Below, in pieces: positions 12,117 through 23,745 of a stretch of DNA of 64,000 bases (position 1 is the first letter of the stretch; every line of letters begins with the position of its first letter). A program made the translations under genes and the position numbers. The notes under the pieces are model-generated. The model was given only the letters and a program-made list of their open reading frames with translations, was not told the DNA's origin and searched no databases. Source of the stretch: Epiperipatus broadwayi (lineage: Eukaryota > Animalia > Onychophora); the NCBI GenBank assembly GCA_028023455.1, contig JAQFVV010000004.1, positions 2,170,001 to 2,234,000 of the forward strand, given 5' to 3'.

Positions 12117-12385
12117 GCTTTGAATCTGGGAACAATGCACTTTTACATTTTAGAATCTAATGCACCTTCCTTCCAGCAGAGTGGAAACATTTAAATGTTT
12201 TTCAGATTGGTCTGGAAACTTGATAATATAACAAAGCAGTGAATGATAGCTGCTTGATGGAATATGCATTAGATCCTAATGGTCCAGATGCACTATTTCT
12301 AGAATCCAAAGCTTTTCACTGATGAAAACCATAAGTTTGAAACTAGTTTTGAGATATTGGCTAAGACAAGACAGGATATAAGCAC
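12117..12385 (+). mobile_element. F2 hammerhead-containing fragment with inverted 5' segment
   Basis: Diverged inverted arms at 12117-12179 and 12250-12312, followed by the F2 HHR. Homologous to 31056-31456 and 54590-55512. Confidence 0.7.
12314..12353 (+). ncRNA. minimal type-I hammerhead motif F2
   Basis: UUUCA-CUGAUGA-AAAC/cauaa/GUUU-GAAAC-ua-GUU-UUGAG. Core intact, helix II perfect, one mismatch in helix I. Confidence 0.7.
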
Positions 12386-12789
12386 TATTATCTCACATCT
12401 ATTATTACTTACTAAAGTTTACAGTAAGTAACATAGGTATGGTAAAAGAACTTAACAGCCATCAATAATTTGTACAAGAAAAGACTGAATTCTTTATTTT
12501 TATTTTTGCTTGCACTTTCTTATTGCTTTATGACTTAAGTATACTAAAAGTGAACTTGATTATACTAATTTTAGAGATTCTGATTTAAATATTTTTATAT
12601 TTTTAATTTAAAAACTTTAAAAATATCATAGGCTTTATAGAATGAGTTATATTTTACAATCAGCATAGTAAATAATATGTATTTGTCTTGATAAACTTAA
12701 TAATATCATGAAAATTTTTATATGTTAGTTGAAAATCTAATTTTTAAAGTAAATATATTTTCGATGTTTACTACAACAAAGTGAGATGA

Positions 12790-13330
12790 TAATGCCATTC
12801 TCAGTAACAATAGAATGATGAACATTCCAAATTAAATATAGTTCTCTAATCCCATATTTCCCTTTTCCACATTACTCCAATAAATTTTCTAATTTTATCC
12901 ATTTATCTCATATGTGATCTTTTTCTAGGCATTTTACAATCTCTTAGAATCCACTTTAAGATTTCAGTTATCCATCTGTTGTTATTTCTTCTATAGACAT
13001 GTTCTGCCCATCTCCATTTCAATCTTTTAATTCTGCAATAAGATCTCTGACTAGCTGTTTATGTTTTCATTTACATACTTTTTTTGTCATCCCTTCTTAT
13101 TTTTTTAGTATACATCTCTTCATATTTTATTGTGTAATCTAAATTCTCTCTGTATTCCTCTTCTATCAAGTGTGCAAATCGTAGATAAGTACTGAAAAAA
13201 CTCATTCATTAAAAACTTAACTTTTCAAGAACATAGCCTTGTTTTCTTATTAATATTAAGTGATTCTATCAAAAGCATTTCAACTATGTCTAATTATTTC
13301 TATTTATTATGTTTATCAGAGGTGTTTGGA
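12790..13330 (-). mobile_element. RTE LINE 3' fragment
   Basis: Minus strand encodes LKWRWAEHVYRRNNNRWITEILKWILR, the RTE C-terminal W(A)GHV...RW motif. Confidence 0.8.
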
Positions 13331-15145
13331 AAAATCCTTACCTGGAAATTTAAGTGAAGTATGAGGATATGCCTTAACGGGAAATAATTATAGGACAAAT
13401 TGCACAAGAATTACATTGGTCCAAAAACATAGATTAAACCAAGGAATATCATTTGTTTCAAAAAAGAAGAAGAAAATAGATTGGTTTTATTAAATAGTAA
13501 TGACTATATTTAAAAAGTCTCTGATGAATCCACAAGTTAAAGTTTAAAAATGTAGATATATATAATGTCAAAAGTATGAAAGAGAAGTTCATCATGTTAA
13601 TACTAAGAAAATATTACAATAAAGCATTTAGCAGTTCTGAACATTTTAAAATGTATTTTTCTGAAGTGATTCCATCACAAATCTTAGCAAATATTAAATG
13701 AAACAACTTAATTACCCCCTAGATTTGATGATCAATTTTGAAGACACATATTTTTACAAAACTGCTAAAACTATTGCTGAATGCTCATAGTTCACTTAGG
13801 ATTTTGGAAAATACACAATTAAGTCATACCTATATGTCTCCAACACATTAAGGCACATAAAATAAATCAAAACTACAAACTTGCATCTTTGGATATCATG
13901 GAACAATATGGGTTAATTTTTTATATGCAATCAATAAACATTATTCAGAAAATGGTTCAAAAACAATATAATCATAACAAGAGTGAGTTTATCATGGACA
14001 CTATAAGATGGATAGACAAAGACATCACTGCCTTATCTAACAACAAATATTACAAGATGGTCTATGGTTGGCCCATGCGTTGCTCATAAGTGGTATTATT
14101 TGTAGCATACCCAAACATCTAACAATTGAATCCAACATAATTTATATGTGATATGTGGATGACATGCTAATATGCACTGTTGAGAAACACATTATGAATA
14201 GGTGCCAAGATTTGTTACAAACAATATCTTTAAAACAGACCATTGAAGATTGAAAGATCTGAAGTTTTTGAATCTATGTATCTAATGAAACAATGATAAT
14301 TTGGATTACAAGATGATCATCAAGCCCTTTGAAATTCATGGGGGAGGGGATTTACTTCAATCTTACACACCAACTACACATAAATTAGTGGGTATTAAAG
14401 GTTTCTTAAATAGGAACCTAAATCAATGTGATATGAGGCCGATCAAAAATATTGATGTCTATATGAAAGATCTATGTAAAATAGGATATAACCATAATAC
14501 TTTAATAACACTGTGAAGAAATTTTATAAGAAAATTAAATGGTTATCCTCACAACAAGCAGACAATAAACCTTGAATAAGTCCACCCTGCATATCCTGGC
14601 TCTCATTGAAAATAAAGAATATGCTCCAACCCATACAATATTAACTTGAGAAGTCCTCCAAATTTAAATAGACTGCTAAACAATATTAAAAATAGGCTGC
14701 CCCAAATCAAACCCCCAAATATTATATAAAACCAGATGCAGCAATCCTTCTTGTAGATCATATATTATAGGGAGTCTTGAGAAAATCTTACTACTAGAAT
14801 TGCTCAACATAAATATCTATATAAATGAGCAGTGAACAACTCTGAACATAAGTCAATTTTTCTAAAGAATACAGCCATTATTTTTGACCAGCAAAAGTAA
14901 ATATTGTACATTGTAAATGTGATGATAAAACAAAAAATAAAGGTGTGGTTCATCTCTAATAACTACCATACTATGAATAAAAAAGAAAATAGTGTTCCAT
15001 TGTTCAAAAAGTGGAATATGTAACTTAAAGTCATTTACATAATGTCCACCTTATTAAATCTCACAATGCAATCTGCAGATTATGGATGGTATAATTCTGG
15101 CATCGGTGATCAAAGCATGCTCAGCGATTTACGAAGATTCTAATA
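13330..15145 (+). mobile_element. decayed Penelope-like retroelement (RT + GIY-YIG endonuclease)
   Basis: LNQGISFV (L.KGL.F-like) at about 13435, YYKMVYGWPMRCS (GLPMGSP-like) at about 14050, YVDDMLI at about 14155, and C-terminal SC..YI.E....TTRIAQHK (GIY-YIG-like) at about 14745-14815. Many stops. Confidence 0.8.
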
Positions 15146-15277
15146 CTGAATAATCTTTTCTTTTTCAAATGTTCAAAACCTTTATATATATTGTAACCTT
15201 TCAATCTAACTTTATTTGGAAGAGACTCTATAAGTAAAAGATCAATGAAAATCGAGCGAGAGAAACTGTAAACTCAC

Positions 15278-15321
15278 TTCTGTTTGTGTTTGTGTGTACT
15301 GAAAATGCATTCACAACTGAT
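15278..15321 (-). promoter_or_regulatory. candidate initiator plus short non-coding first exon (tentative)
   Basis: Minus-strand ATCAGTT (arthropod Inr-like) followed 41 nt later by AA|GTGAGT donor, then CT-rich sequence. No downstream exon identified. Confidence 0.25.
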
Positions 15322-18300
15322 AGAGTCTTTATAATACTCTAACCCACCTAAATGCACTCACTCCAAATTTCCCAAACAAAATAAATAAACAATGTAAAAT
15401 ATTCTTCAGGGATTTAATTCTTGACTACTAAACTTTTAAAATATAATATATAATTTATATAATAGTTCAACAATCATTGCTTTATTCTAACTGATTTCAT
15501 ACGTTAATAATTTTGTTTTATCTATTCATTAACTGCATATTCTCAGGGTTTCTATTAATAAATATTCATTAAGACTTATGGTAAAAATTATCCCAGAGTT
15601 GCTCTCTAATAAACATTTATTACTATCAAAATGAATGTGTATCAAGGATTTTTATGTATGCATTGTACTTTTAACTTATAGAATTCAAATAGCAAATATA
15701 ATAAAAATATTTACATAACTTTAAATAGATTAGCAGTATGACAACTTGACCAAAACAATGATCAAAGAATAATACCATATACTTTAACAAAAATAACAAA
15801 ATTGTTTGTTTCATGTAAATAACAAACAAAATAATAATAATAAATACAAATCAGCACTATAAGACAGCAAATATTAAAAATAAATATTTATAATGTGAAC
15901 TATCTCCATATGACTACAAATATTAGAGATAAACGTTTATGGCTATTTGATGTATAAACTCACGGTATGTGTGGCAATAAAAATATACATGTTATAGGAG
16001 ATGGATAGCAATATTTCATCCCACTTTTACTTTGAACGTATAATCAAATTAAAGTATCTTAAAAACTATAAATTTAATACTTACACATTTGTCATTTTAT
16101 TCACTCGAGTTGAATTCAAATTTTATTACTATAGGGTTTATTCTGCAAATACTTATGCGATGGTGTATTTTAATACTTCTTTCTTATGCTAGTAGAACTG
16201 GTATATAAACTATATCACAGCAGCAAATCTCAAATCGCAATTTTAAATTAATTATAGCACATATTTTAACACATTATTTGGTGAACCAAATATAAATAAC
16301 CTTTATCCTGAAAAAAGTACTCTTTCTTCTAGGTAGCTTTACTTAAACATGGATAGAGAAAGGAACTTTAAAAAAAAAGGCACAAATGATGAAATACAAC
16401 TTAATATTTATATTTTAAGTAAATTAAAAATGATGGTTAAAATAAATGCAATCTCTCTCCAATAACAAAGATTTAATCTGTATTCATTCAATCTATAACA
16501 CTTTATCCTTACATATTGATTATAAAATACACTATCTGGATTTTCAACAGAGTTTTATGGTTAGATTTGGTATATTTAATATTCTAATAATTTATTAAAC
16601 TATTCATAAAAACATAACTAATACATCATTCATATAAAATTTATATGGCAATTCAATATCGAACATTTCTAAATTTATCGATGATAGGACTCGCAAACGA
16701 TAACACATTTAATGCTTTGTAGCACTATTATTCCAGTTTACTGAAGATTAAAATTATCACAGTTAAATAAATCTATTTTGGAAAATATCTATATCAAATA
16801 TTAAATTATATTTTGAATTCCTTTAATCTCCTTAATCCTTTTCATGGTCTCATTAAACACCCAAAATCTGTAAGTAACTTTTTTGTCAAAACAAGTACTC
16901 TGATCAATACAGTACACTGCTTTCATGCTTATAATATTTTAATTAAAGAAAATTATTTCAATCGTTTCTATTCCTAAAATGTATTATTTATTCCCTTTAT
17001 ATATGAGGCACTTTCAATATCTTTAGCGAAAAGTTTCCTTTACTGGATAATATTCTGAGATAATCACTCAAAATTTTACTGGAACACGTATTAAAAGCAT
17101 ATTCCTTTGAAAATAGAGAAAGGCAATTTAAATCCTTTAAACAAATTTTTAGTCGGGTATTCTAGAATTTCAATATCGCAAAATTTCAAATTAACTTAAC
17201 TGAAAAATTTAAAAGAAAAGAGTTGTTTTTCCTTTTATATTTTAGTTTAACATATATCCTCACTACTAATGTGATGGAGTAGATCGAACCCATCTAGGAC
17301 AGATTCCTAGATAATGTTCTTTATCCCGTCATCATCAAATAGGTAGGTACAAAAATGGTGATTTTGGCCAAAAAACATGCACTGTACCAAAAATTGTATA
17401 AATTGATTTTTCATTTTGATTTACTGGTATTTATAGTTAATTTTCACCTATGACGTCAAAATTTTTTACAATGAATCTCTCCTGGTAGTTGTTTCCGGAG
17501 TATCTCCCTAGTACCGTAAATAATCAGACGAGATCCTATAGTTTTTTTTTTTCAATGGGCGGGAAAGTGTATTCATTTTGTAATATAAAACAATAAAATA
17601 ATAATAATTAAAAAAATGCTTACCATCAATTTCTTATAAACAAATAAATAAAAATGCATTTATTCATTTATCAACAAACCTTATTAGAGCAATAAATATT
17701 TGTCAATAAATATTATTAGATTAATGCAATTTTATTACTCTTCTAATATAAATAATTTCATTATGATTTATATTCTTTTATTTTGCAACTATTTATTAAA
17801 TCTAAACATAATTGTTTTATTAATCTTTCTAACACATACTTCTAATTTTGTGAATATTATTTACTCACGCCCACACATTTATATGTAAATGTAATAAAAT
17901 TTTATACATTTTTAAATATTAGCACTCCTGCTGATTTAATCGGCAATTTATTCATTTTGAATTTGTTGTAAATATTTCAATTTAGTAAAGTTTGACTACG
18001 TATGATCTTATTTACTGTTTATTCACAAATAGTATTCTATGTGTACCTAGATTTATAGCCATCGCTAAAACAATTCACTAATTGTTTCTTAAATTGTTAT
18101 AAAGAAATGTAACATTTAAAAATTAATATTTGAAGTCTAAAAAAATAAAATGATTATCTCGATTGCATATTACCTTATGGAATTTGCCTCTTAGTTTTAC
18201 ACTTATCACTTAAACGTCCTATTATGAGATATATAATCAAGAAAATTGTTGAATAATTTATACCTTGTAGACCCTGATAGCATTACAATATATATATATT

Positions 18301-19410
18301 GTGTTTTTTTATATATTTTATCAATTCAAGAAAGTATTTATAGTTGTTAGCGTTTTCTCACTCATACAATATCACTATTTATTCTCTCATTCTTTGAAAA
18401 ATCTTTGAGTCTTGCTTTTTTTTAGCATTCATTTTTAATACTACTTTCGTGGTGTTTATCTACATTTGTAACATTTCTTGAATTTCTAAAGCATTTTGTT
18501 TAAGACAACTGCATCAGCTGCAATATCTGATTTAACAAATCTTCATTTATTTTTATTAATTTTCTTTACTTTCCCACTTTAATCCACAAAATACTTTCAA
18601 TAAAACTGCTGAAAAAAATTGAAAAAATGAAAGGATTCTGCCATACTCTCTTATTAATATTAATCTTTATAGGTTCTCAATGTCATCAAATCATTGATAA
18701 ATTTCTTTACGAACTCTATCTAATTTTAGGTTTATGTCTTTTTGATTTAAAGTTTTAAACATTGCTGAAGTTTTTATAAATTCAAATGACTTTCCCACAT
18801 CCCTAGATATAAAATGTAGCAACTCATACACATTGGTTTTTTCTATAACTTTTTTAATATGTGATTTGAACCTAATATTTTCTATAGATGAATTGTAGTG
18901 ACATTAGTAAAGATATTACATAAGTTGACAAGTGGCTGACAAATTAATAATTTCTAATCTCTTCTTTTGTATCTTTCCTAAATACCAACATCACTACTAC
19001 AGTTTTCCAATTATCCATATATCTTTATTATTTAGATATTTGCTAACAATTTTTCTATTTTTTCATCAGTTTCTTTTACAATGTCTATAAGAATTACATT
19101 TTTTGGATCTTTTCTATTATTGATAGATTGAGTTTTATTTCTTTATTTTAAATTCTTGAATTTAAAAAATATTGTCATAATTGTACAGATATTTTAATAA
19201 AATTCATCTCTATATTCTATGTTATTAGTTTTTTTAATAATAATGCCACATTTTTTTCCTCATTGACAAAATAATTTTTATTCTATTATCAAGATATTGC
19301 CTTTTAAAACTTTAGTTCAAGTTCACTTCTGTAGCTTTTTTTTTACTCCAAAAATATCTTTCTTATGTCATCATTATATCATTTTACAGATTTATTCAAA
19401 TCTTCTAAAT

Positions 19411-19663
19411 ATTTGAAACACAGGCACTCTTCATACACCTGGAGCCCAATTGCAAATATAGGGGATTTTAACAGACTTTCAAGCACTCTTCAACTATCCA
19501 CACTATCTGGATCAACTGATGAGTGCTGGTTCAGCACAATATATATATATATATTGGTGATTATTTGTCTTTTCTACATGTGTGTGGTCATGTGTATCAG
19601 TGGGATGAGATAGTGTGGATAGTTGAAGAGTGCTTGAAAAATCTGTTCAAATTTCTTATATTA
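19411..19663 (+). mobile_element. F1 hammerhead-containing insertion with short inverted arms
   Basis: 15-bp TSD TCAAATCTTCTAAAT at 19396-19410 and 19664-19678. About 40-bp inverted arms (19470-19508 and 19608-19647) enclose an F1 HHR. Confidence 0.85.
19511..19558 (+). ncRNA. degenerate hammerhead motif F1
   Basis: AUCAA-CUGAUGA-GUGCU/gguuc/AGCAC-AAUA(UA)n-UUGGU; GAAA lost and helix III expanded into (TA)n. Confidence 0.65.
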
Positions 19664-21933
19664 TCAAATCTTCTAAATGGATTATTTTAAAATGATTAAA
19701 TAATTTTCCTTTCTTTTGAAACTGTATTAGTTTATTGCTGCTTTTTTAATATCAGATATCTGTGGAACATATTTAATAGATCGTCCATTTATCTTCTTAT
19801 TTATCTCATTCAAATCTAAACTATCTTCAAAATATGTTAATATTTTTAAATGATTCATAAATATTAATTTACATTTAATCTGAAAGTTAACAATATCATT
19901 TATTATATTTTAATTCTTAATTGTTTTTGTCTCTCTAATTTGCATTACCACATATACATCTTATTACTCAATTATAACTTCTTGTAGTGAATACATTATG
20001 ATTATTATAATCTATAAATAGTTTCTGTTAGTCAAAATATAACCTAATTCTGTTGTAACTTCATGAGAATAATTTTATCCATTTCTTCACTATTACTTTC
20101 AGAGAAAGAAATAATAATATACAGTTTTTACTTTTTCTATAAATAGTTTGCGCTTTTTCATTTCTGATACCATAAGCAAATTTGTTCACAAGCATTTTCA
20201 TCCTTCAATCATTTTTTCTTTCAGCATTAGTCTCTCATAACAATTTAAAAATATTATTTAATTTTCTGGATTCCATCCTATACATATATGCAAAAATTCT
20301 CTACTTTTACGTCACAATTTTTGGCACATAAAATTCTACTATCTGCAAATTGTATTCTTCATCAGGTTAAATAACTAATGTTACTACTTTATGTGAAATA
20401 TCATAACTGTCCATAATGCTGGTCTTCCATTTTTTTACTTAGATTGAATCTTATTCCACTTCACAATATTCTATAATATTATTGAACAGCTGACAATTTT
20501 TTTATATGTGTAGTTTTCTTACTATTGACTGCGATCTGTAATTTTAGGTAGCTAAATAGACGGTTATTATTCAATAGCAGCCTAAGCTTATAAAAATAAA
20601 AATTCATTGCATCCTCTACCTTTTGTTGGCAGTTGCTGAATTGGCTTATGGTTTTACATTCTCTTGAATATGAGAGCCATAATTTATTTTCTCCGATAAA
20701 TGATCGTATATATAAAAGAAGCAAAATTCATACATGCACATACATCCTGCTTTCAAATAAATGCAGCCGATGTTTTAGTTAAAACTATCCTGGTTAAACA
20801 TTATTACCCACCTAAAAAAGTAGTATTTCCTTGGTGTTAAAATCAGAAGTGAAAGCCAGTAAATTAGTCACATTGGTGTAGGACTGGTGAGAAGCTTTTC
20901 CATAATGACTTCCCTTTGAATAACTCGAGGCTAATAATATTTGGACTGACTAGAAAATAGAGAGTAGACATTAAAGATTTGTATTACTTGATTCTTATAA
21001 GGTCTTAAAGACCAATTAAAGACTCTTCTTTTTTTAACTGTAAATTTCTTTTTGCAGAAAGTGATGAAACATACAAAATAAAAACTTATTCTTGAAATAG
21101 AGAGGAGGATGAGTAGACTGAAAAATTCCGAGTTCAAAGCTCTCTAATTGCATATATAAAATACTCAATAAAAGAAAAGTACTCTATATTGACATATACA
21201 TAGTTTTTGATTTTGAAAGTTTAAAAAATTAAAAATATGGATACTACAATATAAATGATTAATTGGTGCGATAAATCTTGTGTTTGTTTAATATCTTTAT
21301 CAGTTAAAAAATAAATTGTCTTCAGACTGAACGTTTGTCAGGTGGCTTAGCTTAACGCCAATTTGTTTGACCTAAAAACTGTTGTCATATTAAAATGCTG
21401 GTTAAGTTTAGGAACTTTGTTCTCACTTACAAGTCTGGAAAAGTTCATTGGTGACAATGTAAGTGATACATGGATGAATTGACTCCTCATTAGCCAAAAC
21501 CGTTAAGAAGATTTGTCATTTGAGTATTAATACTGCTGACAAAATTGTTAAAATAGAGATTGTCCGTTTGCCTTATTCTACTGGAATGTTTATATTTTAT
21601 TTCAAAAAAGATGTACTGCCTGATTAACCAGTCGTAGAAGATAAAACACGTTTTAGTTTCAGTGCTATTATCTGTTTAGAAGAATACTATTTACATTAAA
21701 TTATTTCTAATATATAAACAAAATTGTTTAGAAATAAAATTTATGATTGAATAAACAAATATGTTCACTCCTAATAGAGTAACGAGTAATTATTTTAAAC
21801 AGTCTTCACACGTACATAAATGAAGTATGCTTATTTATAATTACTTAAGTATTTTATAGTATATATAAGCGCTTTCACACGCTGAAGAAGAAGCTGTCAG
21901 TAGTAACAAAAACAATTAAATTAAATTAATCTG

Positions 21934-21972
21934 GGCCTAGTACTTTCGAGGTTTTCCCTCATATTCATGGCC
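21934..21972 (-). ncRNA. degenerate hammerhead motif F4
   Basis: GGCC-AUGAAUA-U-GAGG/gaaaa/CCUC-GAAA-GUAC-UA-GGCC. Helices I-III pair and helix III is the palindrome AGUACU; two substitutions versus CUGAAGA. Confidence 0.55.
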
Positions 21973-22180
21973 AAAATAGGTTATAAACCATTGCTGTAAT
22001 ATTACTAAATAATAATGTATGCAAATGCGTATGTAAATTAATTTGTCCATTTTCTTGAAATAGCAGTAATGAATATATTTTTAGAATTCTATATATGCGT
22101 GATTTTATTGGTCAGCAAACTTATATGCGTTCATAAATTGTTGTAAAATTGTTTTGAGAGTACTTTAAATAATTGTTTAT

Positions 22181-22282
22181 GTTAAGCGTTGGTGGTCGAG
22201 AGGACAGCACAGCTGCCTTACAAGCAGTTGTCCCGTGTTAGTGGGTTTACTTCCCGGCTGATGCTATGACACATGGGGAAAA
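22181..22282 (+). mobile_element. tRNA-Gly-derived short SINE
   Basis: Same family as 5548 and 7786. 10-bp TSD AATTGTTTAT at 22171-22180 and 22283-22292. Confidence 0.9.
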
Positions 22283-22379
22283 AATTGTTTATATTATAAT
22301 GGTCAGACTAAGCATATTTCAATGTCTTACATTTTTATTTATTTATATAATTTATACGAGCACCATCTGAATTTAAACC

Positions 22380-23200
22380 TTAGGAAATACAATGGCATGT
22401 ATATTTTTAACAATCTTTTATTTAATAAAATAATGATAACCACTACACACAGCTCTTATTTGTAATACCTGGCTAAATTATTAAAAACGTAAATTACTTT
22501 TGAGAAATGAATGCAGACCATATAATTTTACCTTTAAAGAGGCTAACACATCACAACAACAGTTGTTTGATTACAAAATATAATTCTTTAAAAAAAACAT
22601 TCTTCCAATCTCATATATTATTGCCTAATTTCATAAGCATGCAGGAAAACAATAACTACTTATAAAATATCCAAGGTTTCATTGCTAAATTAAACTTAAT
22701 CTTCAACGACATTATAACATTAATACAGTTATATAATCAAGTTCATTTGCCATACAGAGAACTCCACACTTTAATAAACTTAAAATATAACTATGTATGG
22801 ATAATCCTATAAATACAGTTCTTTGATTTAAAAGTTTACTAGTATAGACACATGCATATACTTAATATGGAACAAACATAACTGCTACATCTTTTTACAA
22901 TAGTAACTATAAGGAGTTACCACTTTTAGGTCCTAATTCCAATTTAATAAAACTATAACTTTTACAGGAAGGGCTCATTTTGAATCCAATCTCTTATTTA
23001 TTAAAACAAATGGAAATAAATCCTGCCATATGGATATAGATATATTTAAACTATTCAACAGTGAGTAAACAAATATATATATAAACTATAAGCTCACCCA
23101 CACGAAATCAAATTCTCAACTACCAAATGCAGAGTTAACTATGAGGGAAATAAACCCAATGGATATAATTAAATCACTGCCTTAAAACTATTAGTAGTTA
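22380..23200 (+). mobile_element. very old LINE RT fragment (clade uncertain)
   Basis: NADHII (YADD-like) at about 22509, then KLKI*LCMDN and LIWNKH in the expected order; weak similarity only. Confidence 0.3.
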
Positions 23201-23610
23201 TTTACTTTAACAGACAAATATTACATTTTCCAAAAATAAATGTCTTGTTTACATTGTTATCATTATTTTTTTGTTCTTTTTTTTTTTTAATTAGACGACT
23301 TCTATAAAGTAACATTTAGTTTCCATGCATTAATAGTTTTTTACAAAATGTTAATATAAAATACATTATAATACAGAGCAAATCTCTCCTTTTTTTTTTA
23401 CTTCAGCAAAAAATGCAACTAACTTTATTATTATTTTTTAATTTTGCTTCCTGTTTTAAACAATTCATGAGATAAGATATATCATATTAGTATTAAATAA
23501 AAACCTAAAATAGTTAAGATAAATCTACATAGATAAAGTCTAAATAATCTTTTTAAAAACATAAAACTTACTTAGCAAGATAACCATAGTTTCCTAATGG
23601 GACTACTCCT

Positions 23611-23745
23611 CCAATATCCTCAGACTAGTTTCTGGCATCCAGTGATTACTCTGGTTGGCACAGGGTGGCACTACTGTATGGAGAGTTTTGCCTTGTTTAA
23701 TAACAATTATGTGCTAGTATAAGAGATGGTGATCATGTGATATTT
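23611..23745. mobile_element. collapsed F2 palindrome fragment
   Basis: An antisense HHR half (23611-23636) is joined to the sense F2 3' end through the shared 7-mer TTCTGGC. Confidence 0.75.

Larger units (their letters stand above)
18330..20480 (-). mobile_element. decayed RTE-clade LINE (APE and part of RT)
   Basis: Minus-strand LCQKL*RKSR at about 20310-20330 resembles the LCEVRRK motif of the other RTE copies; overall colinear with them by eye. Confidence 0.6.

Noticed and set aside
17495-17515. GGAG/CTCC hairpin plus CTAG as a Helitron 3' end
   Set aside because: Stem is only 4 bp with no spacer, and no 5' TC end or Rep/helicase remnant was seen.
21490-21673. 61-codon minus-strand open frame after an acceptor-like site, plus nearby donor-like sites at 21431 and 20866
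   Set aside because: Tens of frames this long are expected by chance in six frames here; no recognisable protein and no consistent exon chain.
5548-22282. The three tRNA-like sequences as functional tRNA genes
   Set aside because: T-arm insertion, Gly body with a TAC anticodon, A-tails, TSDs and mutual divergence indicate SINE copies.
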